A stretch of 64,000 bases of DNA from Turneriella sp. (lineage in GTDB: Bacteria > Spirochaetota > Leptospiria > Turneriellales > Turneriellaceae). The notes below the pieces were generated by a model. It ran no database searches. It had not been told where the DNA came from and was given only the letters and a program-made list of their open reading frames with translations. The stretch spans positions 3,200,001 through 3,264,000 of the forward strand of contig CBDIID010000003.1 in the NCBI GenBank assembly GCA_965279515.1. Direction: 5' to 3'. Within the stretch, counting starts at the first letter, position 1, and every line of letters starts with the position of its first letter. Below are positions 1 through 9,244 of the stretch, piece after piece. The position numbers were made by a program, and so were the translations under genes.

Positions 1-489
1 ACCCTGGTCGATACCGGCAGTCTGCAAGTGCGAGTAGACGGGCAAGAACGGATCGCGTTCGATGATACTGCCGCCAAAGAGCGTGCGGCCTGTAGCGTCC
101 TTACTGTTGGCGATATCGATGAGTGCGAGTAAGTGCTGGTTGATCTCTTTCGCCACGGCTTCTTTGAGTTCAAAACCACTGTTCGTGCCGTTCGCCGCCT
201 GAATTGTCAGGTAGCGCATGCGCTGGAAAATTTCACCGACGCGGTCGATCTCGCCGTCCATGACATTGAGGCGGTCTTTCGCTTCACCGATGTTGCGCTC
301 GTACTGGTCGAGCTCGGTGAGGCGTGTGCGGTAGAGCATTTGATTCGCCGCAGCAACCGGGTCTGACGAGGGCAGCTGGATTTTGGAACCCGTCGCGAGC
401 TCGCGTTCGGTTTTTTCGAGAGCAACCTGATGCCTGTTCAAAGTCGACAGCATCGTGTTATTCTGCATGATGTTGGTTACGCGTATCAT
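1..489 (-). CDS. flgL: Flagellar hook-associated protein 3 (5' part; runs off window)
   Basis: Manual translation from ATG at 489: MIRVTNIMQNNTMLSTLNRHQVALEKTERELATGSKIQLPSSDPVAA...IQAANGTNS...IANSKDATGRTLFGG, a flagellin-N-type domain. Lies directly downstream of flgK. Confidence 0.88.
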   Translation of the reverse strand, partial: MIRVTNIMQNNTMLSTLNRHQVALEKTERELATGSKIQLPSSDPVAAANQMLYRTRLTELDQYERNIGEAKDRLNVMDGEIDRVGEIFQRMRYLTIQAANGTNSGFELKEAVAKEINQHLLALIDIANSKDATGRTLFGGSIIERDPFLPVYSHLQTAGIDQG

Positions 490-511
490 AATTTATCCTT
501 TCAAATTTCCC

Positions 512-2419
512 TTAACCCAGGTGATTGATTAACCTATCGAGCATATCGTTCATCGTCTGCATGATGCGCGCGGCGGCGTTGTAGCCATGCTGGAATGTCA
601 CCATCGCCGCCATCTCTTCGTCGAGGTTGACACCCATGACGGATTGCCGCAGGTTCTCGAGGTTCGTCAGAATCAACTTCTGGTTATCCACCTGTTCTTT
701 GGCGGTCTTGGATTCAATACCGGCTTTCGCGATGAGTGCGTTGTAGAACTCATCGCTGTTGCGGTGTTCCCCAACCATCGTTTCTTTGTGCCGCATTGCC
801 TGCGCGATGCGTGTGGCGTTGCCGCCGTCTTTGGCGCCGAAAGCCATGTTCGCATCGCCAGTACCACCGACGTCTTTACCCAGGCCCGCAGCGATGAGTG
901 CGGTGTTGCCCTCGACTTCATTCGACAGGTGCATTGCGCCAGCCGGATGGATGATCGAGGTCAGCGTAATGCGGTCGAGAGTCGACTGCAACTTATTGAT
1001 CTCGTCTGTGCGGCGGTAGTCAAAGGCTCCCGCGGCGCCCGAGTTCTGCAAGAGGCCTGAAAAGCCTGTCAAAAATTCACCCGAATCCTCAATGTGGCGG
1101 ATCATAAAATTGGTCAGGTAATTATCCGACGCTTCACGGCCCTTCAGCACCAGGTTGTTGTTGTGGTTGAGGTAGGCCACGACGCCGGCATCTGAGCGGT
1201 TGATCGCATGGATCACGTCGTTCAGCGACATGTCGGGGCGGTAGGTGACGTAGACCGGCGTATGCTCGGCGTCGTTCTTTACGAATGACATGGTACCCGC
1301 AACACCGATCGGGCGATCGGCAGTCAGCGCATTTTTACCCGCGACCTTGAATATCGCGCTCGTGTCATCGACGCCGTCGCCCGAGAGGTCGTAGTTGCCG
1401 CGGATGTTGCGCGATAGCGGATCGATGCGGAAGAAGTTGATATTGGTTTCTTTGGTGAGACCGAAACCGTCGCGGTGCACTTCGTTGACCGTGTCGTTGA
1501 GGTTGATCGCAAGCAAATCCATCTTCTCGATGTTCTCGCGGATCGTAATATCGCGCATTTCCAGGAGGCCCTGGGCGCTGCCCGAACGGAATAGTGCTTT
1601 TTGACCGTTATGCTCCCAAGTGGCCTTTTTCATGCCTTCATTGGCAGCATCACCCTGGATCAGAATTTTGTGCTGCACCCGGCCCTGCACGAGCATCTCA
1701 CCGCCGAGGTAGACGATGAATTCGTCGGGGTCTTGTTTTTCGAGCGTGATGTCGGCGAGCTTCGAGAGTTCCTGCACAATCGCGTCGCGTTTGTCCATCA
1801 GGTCATTCGGGCGATCGCCCACGGCCTGCGACTTCATGATGCGGTCATTGAGATCGCGCAGCTGTGATGCCATGTCGTTGATGCGGCCGACAGTGACTTC
1901 GAATTCGAAGTCTGCCTGGCGGCGCAGGTCTGAAAGTTTATTGAATGTGTCGCGCATGCGGAATGTGACTTCGCGGCCGCGTGTACGTACGAGCTCACGG
2001 TGGCTCATCTCTTCCGGGAACTGCGAGAGTTCCTGCCATGATTGCCAGAAGCGGTCGAGCTGCGCGCGCAGGGAGTCATCCGACGGTTCGTTGTAGATGA
2101 CTTCGACCTGGTGCAGGTATTTCTCACGGGTTTCCCATTGTGACTTTGTCTGCTCGGCGTTGTGGATGCGGCCATCGACAAACTCGTCGCGCATGCGCTC
2201 AACGGCGCCGGCTTTCGGGCCCTGACCCAACTGGCCCGCGCCCGCAGCGCGGTTGAGTGACGGTTCATAGAGAGGATGCATCGTCTCCATGTCGACACGC
2301 TGGCGTGAGTAGTTCTTGTTATCGGCGTTCGAGATGTTGTGGCCAGTGGTGGTCATGGCCTGCTGGTGCGTGGCGATTCCGCGCCGCGCGATCTCGATGC
2401 CCATGAAGGTAGATGGCAT
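512..2419 (-). CDS. flgK: Flagellar hook-associated protein FlgK
   Basis: N-terminal GHNISNADNKNYSRQR, C-terminal GVNLDEEMAAMVTFQHGYNAAARIM; SD AGGAG upstream. Confidence 0.96.
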   Translation of the reverse strand: MPSTFMGIEIARRGIATHQQAMTTTGHNISNADNKNYSRQRVDMETMHPLYEPSLNRAAGAGQLGQGPKAGAVERMRDEFVDGRIHNAEQTKSQWETREKYLHQVEVIYNEPSDDSLRAQLDRFWQSWQELSQFPEEMSHRELVRTRGREVTFRMRDTFNKLSDLRRQADFEFEVTVGRINDMASQLRDLNDRIMKSQAVGDRPNDLMDKRDAIVQELSKLADITLEKQDPDEFIVYLGGEMLVQGRVQHKILIQGDAANEGMKKATWEHNGQKALFRSGSAQGLLEMRDITIRENIEKMDLLAINLNDTVNEVHRDGFGLTKETNINFFRIDPLSRNIRGNYDLSGDGVDDTSAIFKVAGKNALTADRPIGVAGTMSFVKNDAEHTPVYVTYRPDMSLNDVIHAINRSDAGVVAYLNHNNNLVLKGREASDNYLTNFMIRHIEDSGEFLTGFSGLLQNSGAAGAFDYRRTDEINKLQSTLDRITLTSIIHPAGAMHLSNEVEGNTALIAAGLGKDVGGTGDANMAFGAKDGGNATRIAQAMRHKETMVGEHRNSDEFYNALIAKAGIESKTAKEQVDNQKLILTNLENLRQSVMGVNLDEEMAAMVTFQHGYNAAARIMQTMNDMLDRLINHLG

Positions 2420-2441
2420 AGTTCCTCCTATTCCTTAGATA

Positions 2442-2987
2442 TTAGCAGTTCGCGTCGACGAGCATCGGGCGAGAACCGACACGCTCATGGTGCGGATGTT
2501 TCCCGGCGAGACTCGATAACATCGTTTTGAAAAGATCGCGGCTATCAATCAGCATGCTGGCGTTGAGTTCGCTAAGGCGCTTGAGTTCGCTGAGTGCGGC
2601 TTTAAGCGCCGTCTGGTAGCGGCCGAGCTCGGTTTTTTCCGGCGCGCTCACGGCGGCCGATTCGATGATTTCTGCGAGGCGCGGGTCTTGGTCGGTGTGC
2701 ATGATTTGGCGCGCGAGCTTGTCGCGCCGGCTTTCCAGAAGATCAATTTTATGGAGTTCCTTCGCCTGCTCCCCCGCGGATGTCTTCAAGAGCTCGCCGT
2801 TGCGGGCGATGATGGCCTCTTGCTTGGTCATCTCAAGCTGTATCAGCTTATGGTGGGCTGCCAGCTCATCCCTCAGAACCTCAACCAACTCGCCTACCGT
2901 AGGAGTTACGTCTGCCGCAAAGACGCCATCCTTGGCGGCGTCAGATCCTGCGCGTCCTTGCGCCTGGGACATAATCTGGGTTTTCAT
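2442..2987 (-). CDS. flgN: Flagellar export chaperone FlgN-like
   Basis: All-helical ~180 aa protein (KQEAII...LKRLSELNASML) directly upstream of flgK-flgL. Start uncertain. Confidence 0.7.
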   Translation of the reverse strand: MKTQIMSQAQGRAGSDAAKDGVFAADVTPTVGELVEVLRDELAAHHKLIQLEMTKQEAIIARNGELLKTSAGEQAKELHKIDLLESRRDKLARQIMHTDQDPRLAEIIESAAVSAPEKTELGRYQTALKAALSELKRLSELNASMLIDSRDLFKTMLSSLAGKHPHHERVGSRPMLVDANC

Positions 2988-2994
2988 ATCTTAA

Positions 2995-3021
2995 TATTCG
3001 GCGAATTTCGAAAGTACATAA
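2995..3021 (-). promoter_or_regulatory. Possible sigma-28 promoter of flgN-flgK-flgL
   Basis: Minus strand TTAT-N15-GCCGAATA, an imperfect match to TAAA-N15-GCCGATAA. Confidence 0.35.
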
Positions 3022-3033
3022 GGAAATTAACTT

Positions 3034-3067
3034 TCCCTTGCCCCGGAATTAATTCCGGGGCAAGGGA
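3034..3067. repeat. Perfect 34-bp palindrome (REP-like)
   Basis: TCCCTTGCCCCGGAATT|AATTCCGGGGCAAGGGA, 17 of 17 pairs, no loop. Confidence 0.9.
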
Positions 3068-3077
3068 GTGAAAACAC

Positions 3078-3109
3078 TTGACGACTTAAAGAGCCTTAGC
3101 TAAGCTTAG
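3078..3109 (+). promoter_or_regulatory. Sigma-70 promoter with overlapping operator of the TA operon
   Basis: TTGACG-N17-TAAGCT-N6-ATG; overlapping palindromes CTTAGCTAAG (3095-3104) and CTAAGCTTAG (3100-3109) cover the -10. Confidence 0.65.
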
Positions 3110-3112
3110 TCT

Positions 3113-3349
3113 ATGTTACTATTTAACATCCACGATGCAAAATCTAATCTTTCGGGCCTGGTGGCTGACGTCGAAATGAAGCATGAAATCGTGATGCTCT
3201 GCCGTAACGGTAAGCCAGTCGCCCAGATCGTGCCGATTCAACCTCTGGGGTCGGCGCTAAAGCACAGCCCTAAACTCGGGAAGCTGAAGCTGCATTATAA
3301 TCCCATGGAAGGCCTTGCCGCTGACGAATGGCCGACCGAAGCCCGCTAA
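3113..3349 (+). CDS. Phd/YefM-family antitoxin
   Basis: NIHDAKSNLSGLV...IVMLCRNGKPVAQIVP; 78 aa, upstream of a PIN toxin. Confidence 0.92.
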   Translation: MLLFNIHDAKSNLSGLVADVEMKHEIVMLCRNGKPVAQIVPIQPLGSALKHSPKLGKLKLHYNPMEGLAADEWPTEAR

Positions 3350-3361
3350 GTCGATCCACAA

Positions 3362-3748
3362 ATGCTGTTGCTGGATACCTGTGCGTTACTCTGGCTGGTC
3401 CAGGATTATAAGCAGTTACCGAAAAAAGTGCAATCGGCCCTGGACAAGCGGCAGGGTGCCATCTATGTTTCTGCTATTTCGGCATTTGAAATCGGCATAA
3501 AACACCAGAAGAAAAAACTGTCCCTGCCGCTGAAGCCGCAGCAATGGTTCGATGAAGTCCTTGACTTCCACGGTCTGACAGAGCTTCCCCTGACGGCTAA
3601 AATCCTGTTTGCTGCAACAGCATTGCCGCCGCACCATAACGATCCGGCCGATCGTATTTTGATCGCAACGGCGGCGTTTCACAAACTGACTCTGCTCACG
3701 CCCGACGAAGAGATTCATAAATATGCGGGAGCCAAACTTCTCTGGTAA
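3362..3748 (+). CDS. vapC: PIN-domain VapC-family toxin
   Basis: LLDTCALLW, SAISAFEI, HNDPADRILIATA, LLTPD acidic PIN motifs. Confidence 0.93.
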   Translation: MLLLDTCALLWLVQDYKQLPKKVQSALDKRQGAIYVSAISAFEIGIKHQKKKLSLPLKPQQWFDEVLDFHGLTELPLTAKILFAATALPPHHNDPADRILIATAAFHKLTLLTPDEEIHKYAGAKLLW

Positions 3749-3788
3749 AAAACGGTTTGCTTCATCGGTGTAAATCCCACAGCAACCC

Positions 3789-5939
3789 ATGCCGGTCATC
3801 GAAGTAACCCCCGGGGTAAGCGTTCTGGACGCCGGGGGCAAAACCCTGCTGTTCGGTTGCCCACCCGAAGTCATCAAGCACCTGATGCTGAAGGGCATCA
3901 AGAGCCCCGAAGTCATTGTGATTCCCGATACCCCGTATCGTTTCGATGTTTTGCAAAACTGCACCGAGTTTCCGCTCTATTATTTTCTCTTCGTCGAGCG
4001 CAATTTTATGGCGGGCAAGAAGCTGACGATTGTTGGTACGGCCGCGCATCTCAAGGCGAACCGTAAGCTGTTGCGGCTGACCCTGCTGGGTCCGACGCGC
4101 GCAGAGTATGATGCGCTCGGAGCGAACCCGGCCTTCGACGAACTCTTCCGTGAATCACGCGCGCTGGCGATCAAAAACAAAGAAGGCCGCGAGCTGACGA
4201 TCGATGATTTTGTGAACTTCATTCCCTTCAAAGAAGGTATCGCCGATGTCGACGGCGTGCGTATCGAGCATGCCGGCAAAAATATCTACCGCGCCGGCGG
4301 CGAAAAGATCGACATCAACTTCAACACGCCCCAGCTTCCGCCCTACGACCTGCGCTATGACTTCGTGACGACGCATCCGATTCACTTCGGTGCGACGGTC
4401 TTGGGGGGCGCTTCGGGTTTTATCGCCGACAAGCCCTGCTCGGGTCTTTTGCTGCACTACAACTCAGAAAACATGCTCGTAGACTGTGTGCCCTATCTCG
4501 AGCAGGCGTTGAATGCCAGGGGGATGTCCACCACCGAGATCCGTTCGATTTACCTGACGCATATCCACGACGACCATTGCAATATTTTTCCCCTGCTACG
4601 CCTCTCGAACCGTGTGCGTTTTCTCGCCACCAAGGAAATCTTTTGGATGGCCATGACCAAACTCTCGCTGCAGACGATGTTGCCTTACGAAGACCTCAAG
4701 GACATGTTTGAGTTCACCGAGGTGCACCCCGGCAAAACCACCGAATTTTTCGGTATGTCGATCGAGCCGCACTACACGGTGCATTCGATTCCGACGATCG
4801 GCGCCACTTTCCGTATGAAAGAAGGCAACCAGACGCGGAGCATTGTCTTCATCGGCGACAATAAATCTTTTGCCGACATCGAGAAGATGGTCGAGGGTGG
4901 GATTGTCCGCCCTGAAAAATTTGAAATCCTGCGCAGCCGTTATACCGACCGCCACGACGTACTCTTCGCCGACGGGGGCATGGGCATTCTGCACGGTGAC
5001 CCGCGCGATGCGCTGGGCTCTCACTCTGACCGTATTGTCTTCATGCACCTGGAGAAATTGCCAGCCGAATTCGACGCCACGTTCTCGCATGCCGCGCACG
5101 GCAAGCGCTACAATATCATCCAGGGCAGCTATGACTCTTACATCATCCGCACGATGCAGATTCTGACCGATTCGTTCCGCAATATCTCGCATGAGTGGAG
5201 CGCGGCGCTGATGAATAATTTCCGCATTGTGACTTTTAATTCGGGTGACATTATCTTTAAACAGAACGAAGCCTCGAAGGGGCTCATCTACATCATTCTC
5301 GCTGGTTCGTGCAGCGTCATGGTGCATGACGGCAAGACGCTCTCTGAAAAGGCGCGCAAAGAGGCAGGCGACTTTGTGGGCGAGATGGCCGTGCTCGATG
5401 AGAACAAAGTCCGTTCGGCCTCGATTGTCGCCGCGACGCCGGTAACGCTCTGTGCCATCGATGAAAACCTGTTCCACGAATTTCTCATTGCCGAAGACCG
5501 CACTGAAGAGATGCGGAACCTCTGGCGTTCGCGCTCTGAACTCGAACGTTTTGCCCCCTTCAATGAGTTTTCTGATAACGTCAACGACCGCATCGCACGT
5601 AATTCTATCCGCATGCGCGTTGCGGCGGGTGAAACCCTGGTAGAGCAGGGCAAAAACGACGGTGAGTTTTTTATCATTCTCTCCGGATCTTTCCGCGTCA
5701 CGCATAACGGGGTGGAGGTCAACACGCTGAAACCGGGTGATATGTTTGGCGAGTACGGCTCGCTGGCTGATACCGCCCGCAACGCCACCGTCACGGCAGT
5801 CGTCGACAGTATCGTGCTTGAAATTGCGCGCGGGGAGATCCGCAAGGTTGTCGAATCGGCGCCGATCTTTCACTTCTGTATGCGCGAAATCATGATCGGG
5901 CGTTCGAAAGAACTCAAACGCATCAAGGCTTCAGCGTAA
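3789..5939 (+). CDS. Metallo-beta-lactamase-fold hydrolase with two C-terminal cNMP-binding domains (putative cyclic-nucleotide phosphodiesterase)
   Basis: THIHDDH, HSIPT and DGG...HG motifs; two cNMP cassettes GDFVGEMA..RSAS and GDMFGEYG..RNAT. Confidence 0.85.
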   Translation: MPVIEVTPGVSVLDAGGKTLLFGCPPEVIKHLMLKGIKSPEVIVIPDTPYRFDVLQNCTEFPLYYFLFVERNFMAGKKLTIVGTAAHLKANRKLLRLTLLGPTRAEYDALGANPAFDELFRESRALAIKNKEGRELTIDDFVNFIPFKEGIADVDGVRIEHAGKNIYRAGGEKIDINFNTPQLPPYDLRYDFVTTHPIHFGATVLGGASGFIADKPCSGLLLHYNSENMLVDCVPYLEQALNARGMSTTEIRSIYLTHIHDDHCNIFPLLRLSNRVRFLATKEIFWMAMTKLSLQTMLPYEDLKDMFEFTEVHPGKTTEFFGMSIEPHYTVHSIPTIGATFRMKEGNQTRSIVFIGDNKSFADIEKMVEGGIVRPEKFEILRSRYTDRHDVLFADGGMGILHGDPRDALGSHSDRIVFMHLEKLPAEFDATFSHAAHGKRYNIIQGSYDSYIIRTMQILTDSFRNISHEWSAALMNNFRIVTFNSGDIIFKQNEASKGLIYIILAGSCSVMVHDGKTLSEKARKEAGDFVGEMAVLDENKVRSASIVAATPVTLCAIDENLFHEFLIAEDRTEEMRNLWRSRSELERFAPFNEFSDNVNDRIARNSIRMRVAAGETLVEQGKNDGEFFIILSGSFRVTHNGVEVNTLKPGDMFGEYGSLADTARNATVTAVVDSIVLEIARGEIRKVVESAPIFHFCMREIMIGRSKELKRIKASA

Positions 5940-5992
5940 TTTTTTTGACGGTTAAAAAATTCCATGATATTTTTCCTGACGGAGGTTTGAAA

Positions 5993-6475
5993 ATGAAAAA
6001 ACTGGTTATCTTTACAGTCTTAGCACTTGGGCTTGCATTACCGCTATCGGCCGGTCCTAAAAGTCGCGTGGCGGGCGACCTGCAGAAGCTGCTGGCCCTG
6101 CACCAGGCAGAAATGCAGTCACTTTTTGCCGGTATGGGCACGGCCGAAACTGCGCTGCCGGCTTTTTTCTGCGATGTTTCGTTCACCGGCGAAAAGCAGG
6201 TAGAGAGCTTCCTGAGAAACGTCTCGGCTTCAGCGCCGCAGGGACAGATGTACAGCCAGGTGAGCTTTACGCAGTTCGTGTCGATCAATGGCAATATGCG
6301 CAGCGTGTCTTACAATCTTGTGAATAACGGCGGTAACGTGACGTTTGTGAAGAGCGCAAACATTAACGGCCAGATGCTGAAGGCAGTCTATGAGTTTGAT
6401 GCGGCCTCGCGCAAGCTGAAGACCGGCACCTTTGACGGCAAAAAGCCGATCAAGAATTCGGAATATTCGATTTAG
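5993..6475 (+). CDS. Exported hypothetical protein
   Basis: SD GGAGG before ATG 5993; signal peptide MKKLVIFTVLALGLALPLSA. Confidence 0.75.
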   Translation: MKKLVIFTVLALGLALPLSAGPKSRVAGDLQKLLALHQAEMQSLFAGMGTAETALPAFFCDVSFTGEKQVESFLRNVSASAPQGQMYSQVSFTQFVSINGNMRSVSYNLVNNGGNVTFVKSANINGQMLKAVYEFDAASRKLKTGTFDGKKPIKNSEYSI

Positions 6476-7101
6476 TAGCGATAACTAAAACTCATCCCCT
6501 GGATGAGCTCACTGTTGCGCCCCGCCAGGCTGAAGTCGGTGATCTGTTTCATGTAAACCTGCGCGCGCGCGTCGGCGAAATAATCGAAGAGCAATAGTAA
6601 CACCGCGTCGATGGCGAGGCCAATACCAATGCCCGTGGTGAGGTCGGCCTTTTGTGTGACGCCGATGACGGTTGTAGCGACGCCGCCGGCGAAAATGGAA
6701 ACTTCAGCGAACTTGAGAATTGTGAACTGGGTAATCACCCGGTCCATGCGCACACCCTCAAACCTCTTATAATCGGCTGGCGTGTTCTCGAGTTGTTTCT
6801 CCAGCTTTTCGAGCTGGCTGTCCGTGCGCAAATAAACGCCGCCCCCAACGGCAAGGCCGATGGCGCCGATACCGATGAGCGAATAGCCGATGCCCTTGCT
6901 CATGTCGCCCTGTGTCACGAGATAAGCGCCGGTACCACCCGCAACTAGGGCTCCACCCATGCCGACGAGCGCCGCGGTCTTTTCCTGGTCGAAATAAGAG
7001 CGCATCGCCTCGCGCATCGTGTCCTTGCCGGTGGCTGGTTTCTCTTCAGCGACGAGAGCCGAGCAGCAAATAAGGCTCAGGAAAACAGTTCTAATCGTCA
7101 T
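6472..7101 (-). CDS. Hypothetical membrane protein (signal peptide plus ~4 Gly-rich TM helices)
   Basis: ATGA overlap with the upstream ligase; hydrophobic segments. Confidence 0.75.
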   Translation of the reverse strand: MTIRTVFLSLICCSALVAEEKPATGKDTMREAMRSYFDQEKTAALVGMGGALVAGGTGAYLVTQGDMSKGIGYSLIGIGAIGLAVGGGVYLRTDSQLEKLEKQLENTPADYKRFEGVRMDRVITQFTILKFAEVSIFAGGVATTVIGVTQKADLTTGIGIGLAIDAVLLLLFDYFADARAQVYMKQITDFSLAGRNSELIQGMSFSYRY

Positions 7102-8681
7102 GTATTGCCTCCGGAAGTGGCCTGATGCTGCTCGACAATCTTATTCTTCTGGATCTTGCCCGTCGCCGTTTTCGGAAAAGCTGTCACAAACTCAATCACC
7201 TTGGGCATCTTGTAGTTGGCAATTTTCTCCCGCAGGTAGGCGCGGATGTCCTTCGCGGTCAACGCCATGCCTTCTTTAAGAATGATAAAGGCGCCGACGA
7301 CTTCGCCGTAGGATTTATCCGGTATGCCGACAATCGCACACTCAGAGATAGCGTCATTTTTATAGAGAACTTCTTCAATCTCTTTCGGGTAGATATTTTC
7401 GCCACCCTGGATAATCATTTCTTTTTTGCGGCCCGTGATGTAGTAGTAACCCTCACTGTCGCGATGGCCTAAATCCCCTGTATGCAGCCAACCATCGACG
7501 ATCGTCGATTTGTTGGATTCTTCTTTTTTATAATAGCCCGTCATCATGTTGGGGCCCTTGATGACGATTTCGCCAATTTCGCCATCGGGCAAAAACTCAT
7601 TTCGGCCTTCGACGTTCGCGCTCACGATTGCCATCCCTTGCCCCGGAATCGATAAACCAATCGAACCGATCTTGCGCTTGCCGTGCATCGGGTTCAACGA
7701 CGAGACGCAGGTGCCTTCAGAGAGACCGTAACCCTCGATGATCTTGCCTTTGAACTTTTCTTCAAACTTGTTGAAGACCTCGACCGGCATCGGAGCCGCG
7801 CCGCAGATGCAAGCTTTGAGAAAGGAGAGATCTTGCCCTTCAGCTTCCTTGAGTTCGTTGAGAAAATTATAGATTGTTGGCACGCCGCTAAATGTTGTAC
7901 AACGGTATTTTTTCAGCGTGTCGATGAACGAGCGCGGTTTGAATCCCTCTTCGAGCACGACGGACGCCCCGGCCCACAGCGTCGCCATCATCGAGGCGAT
8001 CTGGGCATTGACATGGAAAAGCGGCATGATACAAAGCGCAGTGTCGTCCTTGGCGAGGTCGATCATCTGGTGGCAGACATAGCTGTTATAGAGAATATTG
8101 CCGTGCGTGAGTATGACGCCTTTCGGGTGCCCCGTTGTGCCCGAAGTGTAGATCATCGAGGCCTTGTCGCTGCTCTTCAGGTCGGTGCAGGTATAACGGG
8201 GGGATTTCTCCATCTGCTGATTCAGGATTTTTGCTTGCGGTGAGGCCTCGTCGGCAGCGGTGAGCACGAGGTGTTTTATTTTGCCGAGCTTTGCCCACAC
8301 CGGCTCGAGCACCTTGCGGAACTGCGGCGTCGTGATGAGAATCCCGGCGTCTGAATCGTTCAGAATATATTCGAGCTCATCGGCCTTGAGCAAGGTATTG
8401 ATCGTGACGGCGGTAAATCCGCCTTTCATGGCCCCGAACCAGGCGAACAAAAATTCGACGGAGTTGGGTATGAGCACGGCAATATGGTTGCCCTTTTGCG
8501 CACCGAGCGCCTGCAGCATTCCCGCGGCCTGGTCAGAGAGGGCGTCGAATTCTGCATACGACCAGGCTTTCTCATTGTAATAAAGATAGGTTTTGTCCGC
8601 ATGCTGCAGCACGCGCTCTTTCCACAGGGCGGCGATGGTCGGGCAGGGGGGGACGGTCTGGATATGGGCAAACGGGTTCAT
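7098..8681 (-). CDS. Long-chain fatty acid-CoA ligase (FadD-like)
   Basis: IYTSGTTGHPKGV, EGYGLSE, GWLHTGDLG, PKTATGKIQK AMP-binding motifs. Confidence 0.93.
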   Translation of the reverse strand: MNPFAHIQTVPPCPTIAALWKERVLQHADKTYLYYNEKAWSYAEFDALSDQAAGMLQALGAQKGNHIAVLIPNSVEFLFAWFGAMKGGFTAVTINTLLKADELEYILNDSDAGILITTPQFRKVLEPVWAKLGKIKHLVLTAADEASPQAKILNQQMEKSPRYTCTDLKSSDKASMIYTSGTTGHPKGVILTHGNILYNSYVCHQMIDLAKDDTALCIMPLFHVNAQIASMMATLWAGASVVLEEGFKPRSFIDTLKKYRCTTFSGVPTIYNFLNELKEAEGQDLSFLKACICGAAPMPVEVFNKFEEKFKGKIIEGYGLSEGTCVSSLNPMHGKRKIGSIGLSIPGQGMAIVSANVEGRNEFLPDGEIGEIVIKGPNMMTGYYKKEESNKSTIVDGWLHTGDLGHRDSEGYYYITGRKKEMIIQGGENIYPKEIEEVLYKNDAISECAIVGIPDKSYGEVVGAFIILKEGMALTAKDIRAYLREKIANYKMPKVIEFVTAFPKTATGKIQKNKIVEQHQATSGGNT

Positions 8682-8773
8682 TCAGGCCAGAACCGCCGCG
8701 AAAACGACTCCGTCAAGGAAGCTTAGGCAAAAAAAGTTGAATGCAAATTCCGCAAAAACCTGTCTATACTGCT

Positions 8774-9244
8774 ATGAGTCCGATTCGAACTTCACGCATT
8801 GCGCCCGTAGTGGCGCAGATGGGCTTTCGCGGGGTACTTGAGGCGGCCTATCTTTTTCGCCTGCTGTTGGAGCAGAAATCGAACCTGGCGACACGCACGG
8901 CGATGGCAAAGCTGTTTGGGTCGTGGTGGGGCGCAGCCACCCAGGAGAAGCAGTATTTCGAGCTCATCAGCACCTATGTGCTCTGCCACCATCAAAAAGA
9001 GTATTATGGTTATTTAAAGACGGAACGGATCAAGTACAAGTCCAACGATCTGCGCGCTGCGCGCGGGCATTTGATCCGCTACCTGAATGAAATACAGAGT
9101 TTGGGAAGTATGAGCGATGTCATCAACGACCTGACACCGCTGCAAAGCACCGCCGCTAACGCCCCATGGCCTGCCACAGCAATTCCAAATTATCTTTATC
9201 GAGCGAGTGCCCCTGATTCGGGAACTCATGATAGGTTACCGTAA
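8774..9244 (+). CDS. Hypothetical protein
   Basis: The only substantial ORF in the gap; helical composition. 3' end overlaps the convergent gene by 89 bp; start uncertain. Confidence 0.45.
   Translation: MSPIRTSRIAPVVAQMGFRGVLEAAYLFRLLLEQKSNLATRTAMAKLFGSWWGAATQEKQYFELISTYVLCHHQKEYYGYLKTERIKYKSNDLRAARGHLIRYLNEIQSLGSMSDVINDLTPLQSTAANAPWPATAIPNYLYRASAPDSGTHDRLP

Noticed and set aside
4596..5873. 425-aa minus-strand ORF, and similar long antisense ORFs at 21056-22448, 30671-34396 and 42268-42954
   Set aside because: Shadow frames opposite well-supported genes, with no recognisable motifs.
3113..5939. TA plus MBL-cNMP gene as a Pycsar/CBASS-like defence system
   Set aside because: No nucleotide cyclase or other defence gene is adjacent; the context is housekeeping.
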